In this document: positions 46,392 through 55,491 of the stretch, in pieces | How positions within the stretch are numbered: position 1 is the stretch's first letter | Layout: each line of letters opens with the position of its first letter | Assembly (NCBI GenBank): GCA_937894115.1 | Contig: CALBFP010000303.1 | Coordinates: 1-59,110 of the forward strand | Direction of reading: 5' to 3' | From: an uncultured euryarchaeote | GTDB taxonomy: Archaea; Thermoplasmatota; Poseidoniia; Poseidoniales; Poseidoniaceae | Length of the DNA stretch: 59,110 nt | Position numbers and translations under genes: made by a program | The notes under the pieces: model-generated | Seen by the model: the letters and a program-made list of their open reading frames with translations, nothing else | The model's database searches: none | Told to the model about the DNA's origin: nothing

Positions 46392-47399
46392 ATGTTGGGT
46401 TCAAAGGACCAAGCAGACGAGCGTCCTGATGCTGACTTGCGAGACCGCTTGCATGCAATGGAAGCAAAAGTACGAAAATTGCGAGAAGTACGCAACAATT
46501 TCAGTTCTGATGCACGCTCTGCTGCCGACCAAAGAAACGCTGTCCAAGCCCAATACAAAGAGCATCGTGAAAAAGTCGATGTTGTTCTTGCTGAAGTTAA
46601 GGCCATACGCTCCGAAGTTCGATTGTTCAAAGACAAGCGCAATGCGATTCAAGATCAGATTAAAACTGTGATTGGACAAGCAAAAGGACGACGAGGAGAG
46701 AAAAGCGAGAAAAAAAGTGCAACAGCCGAACACGCTCAGTTGAAACGCGATGTCGAACAACTTGAGAATCTCTACAACACGTCGGCTATGGGGCCAAAAA
46801 AAGAAAAAGAAACCATGGAAAAAATCAAGATTATGCATCGTCGAATTCAAGAATTGGCACCTGATGTGGAGGCGTTTGAGTTGGTAGCAGTGGATCTTGA
46901 TGATCTTGACGCAGCCATAAAGACGCTCAAGGCAGAAGCAGATGCCGCCCATCAAGCCATGCTTGAGGCGGTTGGAAGGGCCGATGAAAAGTCAAAAGAA
47001 GTCGACGAAGCATTTGCCCATCGAGATTTCCTCAAGGCAGAAGGTGACCGCCATCACAACGAGTACGTCGCACTTCGTGCAAAAGCCGATGAAACACATG
47101 CGAAAATCGATGAAATGATGACGGACGTGAATAAGGTTCGAGATGAATTGAACATGGCTCGCGAAGAGCGAAAGTCATGGATGACGGAACACAATAACGC
47201 TGTTACAAAGAGTTTGAAAACAGGAGCTGAATCCGAGGAAGTCGCTGATGAACTTATTACCAGTTTGCTAAGTGAAGGAACACTTACATTCGGCGGAATG
47301 GGTCAGGAAGAGACCACGGCCAGTACTGCACCTCGTCGTGGAGGCAAAAAGAAGAGATCGGGTCGAATCGATATGTCGGCCGGTCGCCGACGACGCTGA
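46392..47399 (+). CDS. Archaeal coiled-coil protein (COG1340-like), paralog 3
   Basis: 335 aa. Blocks are LENLYNTSAMGPKKEKETMEKIKIM and AAHQAMLEA. The C-terminus SEGTLTFGGMG plus the RIDMSAGRRRR tail resembles the NTase-fusion tail (RIDIRQGRRRGRK). Confidence 0.7.
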   Translation: MLGSKDQADERPDADLRDRLHAMEAKVRKLREVRNNFSSDARSAADQRNAVQAQYKEHREKVDVVLAEVKAIRSEVRLFKDKRNAIQDQIKTVIGQAKGRRGEKSEKKSATAEHAQLKRDVEQLENLYNTSAMGPKKEKETMEKIKIMHRRIQELAPDVEAFELVAVDLDDLDAAIKTLKAEADAAHQAMLEAVGRADEKSKEVDEAFAHRDFLKAEGDRHHNEYVALRAKADETHAKIDEMMTDVNKVRDELNMAREERKSWMTEHNNAVTKSLKTGAESEEVADELITSLLSEGTLTFGGMGQEETTASTAPRRGGKKKRSGRIDMSAGRRRR

Positions 47400-47404
47400 T
47401 TGTT

Positions 47405-48463
47405 ATGCTCGGAATCATAATGGCGGGTGGCCAAGGTTCACGATTGCGTCCAATTACAAACGTGCGCCCAAAACCAATGGTGGAAGTCCTCGGTCGTCCA
47501 GTTCTTGATTTTGTAAAGGATTCGATGATTCAAGGAGGCGTGAACAACATCGTTGTGACCACCGGTTATCGCGGTGAAATGCTTGCCGAGCACGTTGTTG
47601 CTTGGAATGGGAACGCGTGTACTGCCCGTGTCAATCAAGAAACGACGCCGATGGGGACTGCTGGAAGTGTTCGACTGTTGCTCGATGAGATTACCGAGAC
47701 CGTCGTTATTGGTTCAGGCGATTCAGTTGCATCCTTTGATGTCGCTGCACTGTTGGAGGCTCACAAACAAAACGGCTCAAAGGCGACCATGGCGTTGTGG
47801 GAAGTTGAGGATCCCAGCCCATTTGGAATCGTTGGTCTAGCACCAACAATCGATGGAGAAATCGATGGCAGCCTCCGAGAAGGATTTATTCGTAGATTCA
47901 AAGAAAAACCAAAGCCAGAGGAAGCATTCAGCAACGTTATCAACGCTGGACTGTACATTCTCGAACCCGAGGTTATGGCTTTGGTTCCTGAAGGAGTAAA
48001 GTACGATTTTTCAAAGGACCTCTTCCCAAGGCTGCTTGAAATGGGCTGGCCGATGTATGCACAAGCTATCGATGGTGTGTGGTTTGATGTGGGTTCACCT
48101 CAGGAATTGATTCGCGCTCAAAACACGTTGATTGAGCGACGCAATGAACTTCCGTTCCCACTTCAAAAGGGGGCTCGGATTGAGAACGGTTCCTTCATTG
48201 ATCCGGATGCTTCGGTTCATGAGCGTTCTCAAGTCCAACAATCCGTTGTTGGCCGTCATGCTTCGGTTGCTGAGGGCGCAGTATTGAACCAGTGTGTCTT
48301 GATGAGTGGATCGGTCGTTGAAGAAGGTGCGCAGTTGCAGAGTTGCATCTTATCACCGAATGCGGTTGTCAAGAGCAATGTTTCCGCCTCTGGTGTTGTT
48401 CTGGGTGACGGGGAGCACCTAGAAAACACCACAAACACCGAGGATGAAGGCATTGACTTCTAA
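47405..48463 (+). CDS. Sugar-1-phosphate nucleotidylyltransferase with left-handed beta-helix C-terminal domain
   Basis: 352 aa. It has the N-terminal GIIMAGGQGSRLRPIT..PKPMV signature and C-terminal hexapeptide-like repeats. Confidence 0.85.
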   Translation: MLGIIMAGGQGSRLRPITNVRPKPMVEVLGRPVLDFVKDSMIQGGVNNIVVTTGYRGEMLAEHVVAWNGNACTARVNQETTPMGTAGSVRLLLDEITETVVIGSGDSVASFDVAALLEAHKQNGSKATMALWEVEDPSPFGIVGLAPTIDGEIDGSLREGFIRRFKEKPKPEEAFSNVINAGLYILEPEVMALVPEGVKYDFSKDLFPRLLEMGWPMYAQAIDGVWFDVGSPQELIRAQNTLIERRNELPFPLQKGARIENGSFIDPDASVHERSQVQQSVVGRHASVAEGAVLNQCVLMSGSVVEEGAQLQSCILSPNAVVKSNVSASGVVLGDGEHLENTTNTEDEGIDF

Positions 48464-48475
48464 TACCCTCGGGAT

Positions 48476-48715
48476 TTGAAACAAATCATGCCTTCGAAAC
48501 GGACCTACAACCGGACGTGGGAAGAAATCGAAATCATGCTTGAGCGTGCTGAAAAAAAAATGAAGAAGTGGCGTGACTTTTTCGAAGAATGTCGGGAACG
48601 CGGCGACCGTGATGGAATGAAGGACGCGGCTCGCAATTTCAAAGCCCTCGAGGGTGTCATCAAGACACTCAAGTGGACCCTTGGCGATATGAGTGTTGAT
48701 ACGCCACTGGAATGA
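48476..48715 (+). CDS. Small charged helical protein, uncharacterised
   Basis: 79 aa with a TTG start (or the ATG at 48488). The call rests on coding-like composition only. Confidence 0.3.
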   Translation: MKQIMPSKRTYNRTWEEIEIMLERAEKKMKKWRDFFEECRERGDRDGMKDAARNFKALEGVIKTLKWTLGDMSVDTPLE

Positions 48716-49708
48716 TTACCAGCCGCGCTGGTCGAGCCGAATCTCGAGGGTCTCAAGTTCATCTCCCTTCATCGGGTCACCTTCGGTCATGGCCATGGCT
48801 TCTGCGACCTTGTTGGCGTCATCGTAATGAGCTGTGGCCATTACTATCGCATCAGCCATAGTGGGTGGATCATCGGACTTGAAGATGCCTGAACCAACAA
48901 ATATACCGTCCAACCCCATTCGCATCATTTGCGATGCGTCTGCAGGTGTAGCAATTCCACCCGCTGAGAACGTTACGACCGGGAGACGGCCAAGGGACTT
49001 GACTTCATCGAGAACCGAACGAATGGATGATCGCATTGTGTCGTCAATGGGTCCAAACGGTGTTTCAAGATGTGTACCTGGGAGTTTTGATGTGTCAGCA
49101 AGTACGCTATAGCGTTCGAGAATGATGTCTGCGGTCTCATCGAGGAGGGCATCGTCCATCGACATCACTTGCTTAACTTCTTGAGAAATCAATCTGGAGT
49201 GTGTTACTGCAGCGACGAGGTTTCCTGTACCTGCCTCACCCTTGGTTCGAATCATCGCTGCGCCTTCGTGGATACGACGTACGGCTTCACCGAGTTCTGT
49301 CGCACCGCACACAAACGGAATGTCGTAATTTTTCTTGTTGATGTGGAAGAAGGGATCAGCAGGAGTGAGAACTTCGGACTCGTCGACCATGTCCACGCCC
49401 ATCGCTTCCAAGATACGGGCCTCACCTTCGTGACCGATTCGAGCCTTGGCCATGACCGGTATCGAAGTGCAATCGAGAATGCCTTGTATCATGTCGGGGT
49501 GACTCATTCGGGCGACACCACCGGCTTTTCGAATGTCAGCTGGAACACGTTCCAGAGCCATGACTGCAACCGCACCAGCTTCCTCTGCAACTGCGGCTTG
49601 TTCAGCATCGACGACGTCCATTATGACGCCACCCTGCTGCATGCGAGCAAAACCTCGCTTGAGTAGGTCGCTACCGTGGCGGAGTTGTGAAAAGTCAGTC
49701 CTTGTCAT
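48716..49708 (-). CDS. pdxS: Pyridoxal 5'-phosphate synthase lyase subunit PdxS
   Basis: Contains [43 protein letters not shown]. The ATG at 49708 is preferred over the TTG at 49717 given in the track. Confidence 0.93.
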   Translation of the reverse strand: MTRTDFSQLRHGSDLLKRGFARMQQGGVIMDVVDAEQAAVAEEAGAVAVMALERVPADIRKAGGVARMSHPDMIQGILDCTSIPVMAKARIGHEGEARILEAMGVDMVDESEVLTPADPFFHINKKNYDIPFVCGATELGEAVRRIHEGAAMIRTKGEAGTGNLVAAVTHSRLISQEVKQVMSMDDALLDETADIILERYSVLADTSKLPGTHLETPFGPIDDTMRSSIRSVLDEVKSLGRLPVVTFSAGGIATPADASQMMRMGLDGIFVGSGIFKSDDPPTMADAIVMATAHYDDANKVAEAMAMTEGDPMKGDELETLEIRLDQRGW

Positions 49709-49894
49709 GAGTACCAACCCTTGCGGGGGTTTACCCCTTCAAGAAGGTTGGTTAAGGCCCATGCTGTGATTTCATTCATCAATCGACGGAAATAAATGCT
49801 GCAATCAACGGGTTTGAAAGGATTGAACTCAGCAAATGTAGGATTTACTGTCTGCTCTTTTGCAATACAAAACGAAATCAGATGCAGTCTGTAG

Positions 49895-50344
49895 TTACGT
49901 GAACAAACCGGTAGCGATTGACCGAACGTCTTGGCCTGGGTAAACCGCAAGCTTGATGCGAATTTTAATCACAGGATTTGTACTCGTAGTCTGAACCAAA
50001 ACCAACTTTCCACCAATCACTGATTCAAGATCCAAACGCAAGTGTATGGTGTTGTCCCCGTCCAGTCGCTGTTCCAACTCTGCAAGAATGGTTTTGCGGC
50101 ACGGCTCAAGTTTTTGCATAAACAGATTGACTTCCTTGTTCTTGCAGATCTGTGTCGAAAACAACGCCACTTTTGGACCGTGATAAGAAGTTGTCATGTC
50201 GACATCCCATTCCGTTTCTGTAAGCCATTCAAGCGCTTGATGGACCAAACCGATGTCCTGCAATTCGTGCGCAGTTGCTGCTGCATGAATGCGGAGAATG
50301 CCCATGGCTTGCTCTCGGAATGCATGGGTCATGAGGTTTACCAC
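49895..50344 (-). CDS. Conserved archaeal small protein, possibly UPF0201 / exosome-associated RNA-binding family
   Basis: 149 aa. The layout (LRIHAAA.. then IHLRLDLESVIGGKLVLV .. VIKIRIKL) loosely matches that family. The assignment is weak. Confidence 0.3.
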   Translation of the reverse strand: MVNLMTHAFREQAMGILRIHAAATAHELQDIGLVHQALEWLTETEWDVDMTTSYHGPKVALFSTQICKNKEVNLFMQKLEPCRKTILAELEQRLDGDNTIHLRLDLESVIGGKLVLVQTTSTNPVIKIRIKLAVYPGQDVRSIATGLFT

Positions 50345-50429
50345 TCGTTTTATACATCAATCTGCTTCAAATAGGTGATGCAACTCGGTGGAACGCTAGA
50401 GGGGTAGCCCCCTCAAGATACCCTCCGAG

Positions 50430-51401
50430 ATGAGTGCAATGGCAAAGAAGATCAGCGCAAAGGCGCGAGCAGCAGCCCGTAAGCAGAGAGACAAATGGAA
50501 GACCAAGCGATGGTACACCATTCGAGCGCCCCGACACCCGTGGAATTACCAAAACATAGGCGAAACCATCGGTGAGTCAGACGAGCACATCATCGGACGT
50601 ATCTACGAAATGACACAGCAAGAATTCAACGGTGACTTCACCAAGATGCACGTTATGCTCAGGTTTCGTGTCTCGGACACGGTTGGCCAAGATGCGTTAA
50701 CCACCTTTGTAGGCCATCACCATCAAACAAACCACATCCGCCGTCAAATTCGACGCTATCGTGGAAAGATCGATGACGTCATCGACGTTGTTTCACAGGA
50801 CGGGTATTTGGTACGAATCAAACCGCTGGTCATCACCCAGAAGCGTGTGCAAACCTCAGTCAAACAATCCATCCGTGCCAAGATGCGAGATGTTTTGCGA
50901 GGCTTTGTTGCGAAGACCACTTACGATGCGTTGCAAGTTGCAATGCTCGATGGCTCACTCGAATCCGAGATTCAAAACCAGATCAAAACCATCTATCCCT
51001 GCCGATCGGTTGTCATCCGCAAAAGTCAACTCTTGCAAGAAGGAGTCGAGATGGATCAGGGACCAACTCTTGATGAAATCCACGCTGAAGAAGCTCGTAA
51101 AGAAGCTGAAATCAAGGCCAAGAAAGCAGCAGCACTCGCTGAAGCAATGGCTGAAGAAGAAGCAGATGATGACGAAGAAGAAGAGGAATTCGAAGAAGAG
51201 GTTGTTGAGGAAGTTGCAGAAGATGAACAAGCTCCTGCAGAAACAGAGGCAGTCGAAGAAGAGGAACCTGTTGAAGAGGCATCATCCGATGACGTTGACT
51301 TCAGTTCCATGACCGTTGCAGAACTCAAGGTACTTCTCAAGGCGGCAGGCAAACCTGTCTCTGGAAAGAAGGCAGAGTTAATCGAGCGATTGCAAGAATA
51401 A
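50430..51401 (+). CDS. rps3ae: Ribosomal protein S3Ae (eS1) with acidic linker and C-terminal SAP domain
   Basis: The N-terminal ~200 aa (DKWKTKRWYTIRAP..IGET.. GRIYEMTQQEF) match S3Ae. A Glu/Asp-rich stretch follows, then MTVAELKVLLKAAGKPVSGKKAELIERLQE, which fits the SAP consensus. Confidence 0.88.
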   Translation: MSAMAKKISAKARAAARKQRDKWKTKRWYTIRAPRHPWNYQNIGETIGESDEHIIGRIYEMTQQEFNGDFTKMHVMLRFRVSDTVGQDALTTFVGHHHQTNHIRRQIRRYRGKIDDVIDVVSQDGYLVRIKPLVITQKRVQTSVKQSIRAKMRDVLRGFVAKTTYDALQVAMLDGSLESEIQNQIKTIYPCRSVVIRKSQLLQEGVEMDQGPTLDEIHAEEARKEAEIKAKKAAALAEAMAEEEADDDEEEEEFEEEVVEEVAEDEQAPAETEAVEEEEPVEEASSDDVDFSSMTVAELKVLLKAAGKPVSGKKAELIERLQE

Positions 51402-51441
51402 TCAGCGAACATTTGACAACCCTTGAGGGAGAGGGAAGTTC

Positions 51442-52227
51442 ATGCAGCGACTGGCCATTATCGGCGGCACCGGTCTTCTAACCATGGCGACTGGACAACC
51501 CTTTGCCGATGCAGGGCTGCAAGTACTTGCAACAGACTCTTTTGAGGTCGAGACGCCTTACGGTAGCGTTCCGATGAAGTCGTTCCGACTGCAGCATGGA
51601 TCGGAAGAGAAATCACTCGTCTTTCTGCAACGACACCACAACAGTGGTAAGGCCTCAAAACCTCCGCACAAAATCAATCATCATGCCAACATTTGGGCGT
51701 TGAAGCATGCCAAGATGGACGCAGTTCTTTCAGTGTGTTCTGTTGGATGCATCGCTGACGATTTCCCGCCTGGCCGAGTCGGCTTGGCCGATCAATACAT
51801 TGATTTTACAGGGCAAACCACAACCTTTCATGATGATGAAGCAGAGTTTACTTCGGTAACTCTTCCGTTTGACCAAACCATGAACTCTACGTTGGAACCC
51901 ATCCTCAGATCGGTTCAAAATCTCTCCAATGAGCGGCTGTTCTTCACCTATTGGTTGGCACAAGGGCCTCAGTTTGAAACGGCAGCAGAAGTACGTGCAA
52001 TCGAGAATCTTGGTGGTCACGTTGTCGGAATGACCATGCCAAGGGAGGCGAAACTCTGCCGAGAAGTCGAACTACCGTATTCTGCTCTTCTTATTGGTTC
52101 AAACTGGGCTGCTGGAAAAGAACCAGGAGATTCAACCGCAGATTTGAGTCACGAGGCAGTCTTAGCTGAAGCCAACCGCAGGCTTGGCCCAGTTTGGTCT
52201 TGTATTACTACGTTGCTGACACAATGA
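51442..52227 (+). CDS. mtnP: S-methyl-5'-thioadenosine / purine nucleoside phosphorylase
   Basis: 261 aa with LAIIGGTGL, FLQRHH..PPHKINHHANIWAL and GMTMPREA. This is the PNP/MTAP family. Confidence 0.7.
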   Translation: MQRLAIIGGTGLLTMATGQPFADAGLQVLATDSFEVETPYGSVPMKSFRLQHGSEEKSLVFLQRHHNSGKASKPPHKINHHANIWALKHAKMDAVLSVCSVGCIADDFPPGRVGLADQYIDFTGQTTTFHDDEAEFTSVTLPFDQTMNSTLEPILRSVQNLSNERLFFTYWLAQGPQFETAAEVRAIENLGGHVVGMTMPREAKLCREVELPYSALLIGSNWAAGKEPGDSTADLSHEAVLAEANRRLGPVWSCITTLLTQ

Positions 52228-52249
52228 TTTAGAGCGTTCATTATAAGCC

Positions 52250-52624
52250 GTGAATATGGAACCTTTCACTGTGGAATCTTGGCTTGCATCAACCGATGAA
52301 GATGTTTGGACTGGAATGATGAAACGAGTTGCAGCCTTTCATCACAAGCACGACTTCGCTGGAAACAACGGCCATGATATGGGATACAGAATTGCATTGA
52401 CCGTTGAAGAACTGGGCGAACTTGCTGCTGCTGTTACCAAGAACAAGCCCATTGAGGAAGTTGCTGAAGAAATGGCTGATGTCCTGATTCTTCTGATGGG
52501 ACACTCTCTTGCGATGAACATCGACCTCAAGGCTTCCTTTGAAGCCAAAGTGGACAAGATCATGCAGCGGCCTGCTCGAAAAGGACGCTTAGGTATCCGA
52601 GTCACAGAGTATACAGATTCATGA
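52250..52624 (+). CDS. MazG-like nucleotide pyrophosphohydrolase
   Basis: 124 aa. EELGELAAAV ... EEMADVLILLMG is the EExxE...ExxD MazG helix pair. Confidence 0.65.
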   Translation: MNMEPFTVESWLASTDEDVWTGMMKRVAAFHHKHDFAGNNGHDMGYRIALTVEELGELAAAVTKNKPIEEVAEEMADVLILLMGHSLAMNIDLKASFEAKVDKIMQRPARKGRLGIRVTEYTDS

Positions 52625-53113
52625 TTTCGTTAGAATCATGTAGGTTGTTGGATGCTCATTTTCGCTGTCCTGTGGGGTGGATTCAATGACTTCCCGGTTC
52701 CATTCTTCTCCAAACAGAGCAACTTTTACATCACCCGAATTTGAGGTTTCGACAGACGTCAAATGAATCTCCTCGACTATGTCTCGACACTGTTCGTAGA
52801 CGTTTGCACCGCCAATGATCCAACATTCATCGCATTCTTTGTTGCGAGCAAGTTGAATTCCAGCCTCTATAGAATAAACGACATCAACGTCGTGCAGTGA
52901 ATATTCCGTGTTGCGGGTAACGACAATGTTCACCCTTTGAGGAAGAGGGCGAAAGGCATTGGGCAAACCCTCCCAAGTTGTTCGCCCCATTAGAACAGCA
53001 TTGTTTCCTTCGCCGACGGTCAGTTGTTTGAATCGGAGCATGTCCGAACGGAGGCGCCAAGGAAGACCGTTTTGCTTACCGATGCATCCATCCAAGTCCA
53101 TTGCCAGGATCAT
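52619..53113 (-). CDS. folA: Dihydrofolate reductase
   Basis: MILAMDLDGCIGKQNGLPWRL, LMGRTTWEGLP and IIGGANVY are present. The ATG at 53113 is preceded by a GGAG SD. The track start at 53134 is a TTG overlapping the thyA stop. Confidence 0.88.
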   Translation of the reverse strand: MILAMDLDGCIGKQNGLPWRLRSDMLRFKQLTVGEGNNAVLMGRTTWEGLPNAFRPLPQRVNIVVTRNTEYSLHDVDVVYSIEAGIQLARNKECDECWIIGGANVYEQCRDIVEEIHLTSVETSNSGDVKVALFGEEWNREVIESTPQDSENEHPTTYMILTKS

Positions 53114-53130
53114 CTTAAGCTCCATTTTGA

Positions 53131-53925
53131 TCAAACCGAAATTGGTGCTGAGATGTGAGGATGATGTTCATAACCCACGACCTCGATATTGTCAAAGGTA
53201 AAATCATCGATGTTGGTAATCGATGGATCAAGTCTTAGAGTTGGAAGCGGAAGCGGTTTTCGGCCGATTTGCTCTCTGGCTTGGTCGAGGTGGTTTGTGT
53301 AGAGATGTGCATCACCGAGTGTATGGACAAAGGTCCCTGGCTCCAGGCCGCATACTTGCGCCATCATGTGTGTGAGTAATGCATACGATGCAATGTTGAA
53401 CGGGACACCAAGAAACACATCAGCGCTTCGCTGGTAGAGTTGACAATTCAACTTACCGTCAGCGACATGAAATTGGAAAAAAGCATGACACGGCATTAAT
53501 GCCATTTCTTCAAGTTCACCAACGTTCCATGCTGAAACGATGATGCGTCTGCTGTTCGGATTGTTCTTGATTTGTTCAATGGCTTGGTCAACTTGGTCGA
53601 TGATTCGTCCATCTTTTGCTTCCCACTTGCGCCATTGTTTTCCATATACTGGGCCAAGATCTCCGTTTTCATCAGCCCATTCGTTCCAGATACGAACGCC
53701 GTTTTCCTGCAAATACTTGACGTTGGTATCTCCCTTGAGAAACCACAGCAATTCGTGAACAATTGAGCGAAGATGAAGTTTTTTTGTGGTCACCATTGGA
53801 AAGCCTTCGGAGAGATCGAAACGCATCTGATAACCGAATACTGAAAGCGTACCTGTTCCAGTTCGGTCACCCTTTTCCACTCCTTTGTCAAGGATGTGCT
53901 TCATGAGGTCAAGATACTCCTGCAT
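53131..53925 (-). CDS. thyA: Thymidylate synthase (ThyA type)
   Basis: 264 aa with [29 protein letters not shown] (catalytic Cys) and DAHLYTNH. Confidence 0.95.
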   Translation of the reverse strand: MQEYLDLMKHILDKGVEKGDRTGTGTLSVFGYQMRFDLSEGFPMVTTKKLHLRSIVHELLWFLKGDTNVKYLQENGVRIWNEWADENGDLGPVYGKQWRKWEAKDGRIIDQVDQAIEQIKNNPNSRRIIVSAWNVGELEEMALMPCHAFFQFHVADGKLNCQLYQRSADVFLGVPFNIASYALLTHMMAQVCGLEPGTFVHTLGDAHLYTNHLDQAREQIGRKPLPLPTLRLDPSITNIDDFTFDNIEVVGYEHHPHISAPISV

Positions 53926-53976
53926 GGGCTCGCCAAAGACCCCTCACCGAGGAAAGCCCTTGAGGCTTACCAAGCA

Positions 53977-54762
53977 TCAAGGAGCGCCAAGAGCGAGAAT
54001 GCTACCCATTAATTGGTCTGTGAATCGACGGTACAATGCAGAAAGTTTGCTTCGGATGTGTTGCTCTTCCTCTTCGGCAAGATTGCGAAGAGATTCAGCA
54101 GATTGGTTCCCTCCGTTGACGTCCGTGAGCCACTGATACCATGTGACGCCCTCACCAGAGTGGAACCGCACCAATCGATGCAATCTTGGGAGTTTGTGAT
54201 GTTGTGGCTCCATCATGTTTCGAGTACCAATCAATGCAATTGGGACAACGACCGTGTTTGGATAGGATGCTGCTAGACGAGCAACACCGGTTTTTCCAGG
54301 CAAAAGGAACGGCGGTTCCGTCCGCTTTGATCGTGTTCCTTCAGGGAAGATGCCTAGGGCTCCACCTTGGTCGAGAACGTCTGCTGCACTGGACAAGGCA
54401 TCGAGACCACCGCTTTCACGTTGGGTCTCAATTTGACCGGTCGATTTCATGACAAAACGTGTCCACCATTTCTTGAAGTGTCCGTCTTTGGCCAAGTAAT
54501 GCGTCGTTCTTCTTGATGAGAGGATGACCATAATTGGATCGACATGCGACAGATGATTTGCAGCAAGAATAACCGCTCCCTTGCGTGGAATGTGATGCTC
54601 GCCACAGATTCGTAATCGCAAAAGGAAGCGAAACGTGGTTCCCAAGGTCAGCCTCAAAAAGTTGTAAAACAGATGGTTCGAAGGTTTCTTTCCCGTCGTC
54701 GGAATCAGCCAATGTTCACGTAGCGCTTCCCAAGCTGCTACGATGTCATGGTCATCCTCCAT
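53977..54762 (-). CDS. plsC: 1-acyl-sn-glycerol-3-phosphate acyltransferase (PlsC family)
   Basis: 261 aa with HX4D (NHLSHVDP), FPEGTRS and VPIAL blocks in canonical order. Confidence 0.82.
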   Translation of the reverse strand: MEDDHDIVAAWEALREHWLIPTTGKKPSNHLFYNFLRLTLGTTFRFLLRLRICGEHHIPRKGAVILAANHLSHVDPIMVILSSRRTTHYLAKDGHFKKWWTRFVMKSTGQIETQRESGGLDALSSAADVLDQGGALGIFPEGTRSKRTEPPFLLPGKTGVARLAASYPNTVVVPIALIGTRNMMEPQHHKLPRLHRLVRFHSGEGVTWYQWLTDVNGGNQSAESLRNLAEEEEQHIRSKLSALYRRFTDQLMGSILALGAP

Positions 54763-54824
54763 GCATCGTGGTTCAACTTACAGGTTTTCATCCTTGTGAG
54801 CCTAAAAATCAGGAAAGTGCGATT

Positions 54825-55469
54825 TCATTCCTCTTCCGACCATGTTCGTCGCATGACTTTACCGACCATTTCGCCCGCCTCAAAGGCCTCCATGTCGTGT
54901 TCAACGATGAGGTGCATGACCATTTCATGTTGAGCAACCATCTGCTTACATGTTGGGCATTCAAGCATTTTAGCACGTTTCATGCCCATGAATTCCATTC
55001 GACCTTCTCGAGTCGAAAGTCGTCGACCGGTGCGCATTAAGACCGAAACAAAAACCAATGTGAACAAGACAATAAAGCAACCAAAACCAAAGAAAACTCC
55101 CGACGGGGGAGGGTTTTGCTGGAGTTGCAAATTTTGAATCAGTTGGCCGTTGGTTGAATTGCGGTAGGCATCGAGGTTGATGGTGTGGGTGAAATTTTCG
55201 CCTCTCAAATTAAGGAGAATATCCAGATCATCGTCGTCTTCAGTGACATCGAGTGTTATTGCAAAATCCCCGTACACATCGGTAATGGATTCTGTACCTC
55301 GAAATTGGTAACACGCAAAATCACCAGGTATGCACTGGACGTACACATAGTCAAGCGTCACGGGCGTGTTGTCCGCGAACGTTGCTCGTCCTGTGATTCG
55401 GTAGGTTTCAGCATGGGCGTATGGGGCAAACAGCAGAATGAGAAGAAGAGGAACGATGAGCCTTCTCAT
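54825..55469 (-). CDS. Secreted/TM protein with beta-sandwich ectodomain and cytoplasmic C2H2-like zinc finger
   Basis: Signal peptide MRRLIVPLLLILLFAPYAHA from the internal ATG at 55469. The TM helix is FGFGCFIVLFTLVFVSVL. The tail is CPTCKQMVAQHEMVMHLIVEH. Confidence 0.6.
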   Translation of the reverse strand: MRRLIVPLLLILLFAPYAHAETYRITGRATFADNTPVTLDYVYVQCIPGDFACYQFRGTESITDVYGDFAITLDVTEDDDDLDILLNLRGENFTHTINLDAYRNSTNGQLIQNLQLQQNPPPSGVFFGFGCFIVLFTLVFVSVLMRTGRRLSTREGRMEFMGMKRAKMLECPTCKQMVAQHEMVMHLIVEHDMEAFEAGEMVGKVMRRTWSEEE

Positions 55470-55491
55470 AGTAACGCTACGTTTGGTTGTC

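Noticed and set aside
50367-50552. 61-aa minus-strand ORF and a GAGGGG-tag-CCCCTC hairpin upstream of rps3ae
   Set aside because: The ORF overlaps the S3Ae start region antisense. The hairpin is short (5-6 bp) and unremarkable. The TTTATA box at about 50349 is roughly 78 nt from the ATG, so I cannot assign a promoter confidently.
51056-51412. 118-aa Ser-rich minus-strand ORF
   Set aside because: It is the antisense reading of the GAA/GAG-rich acidic linker of S3Ae, a low-complexity artefact.
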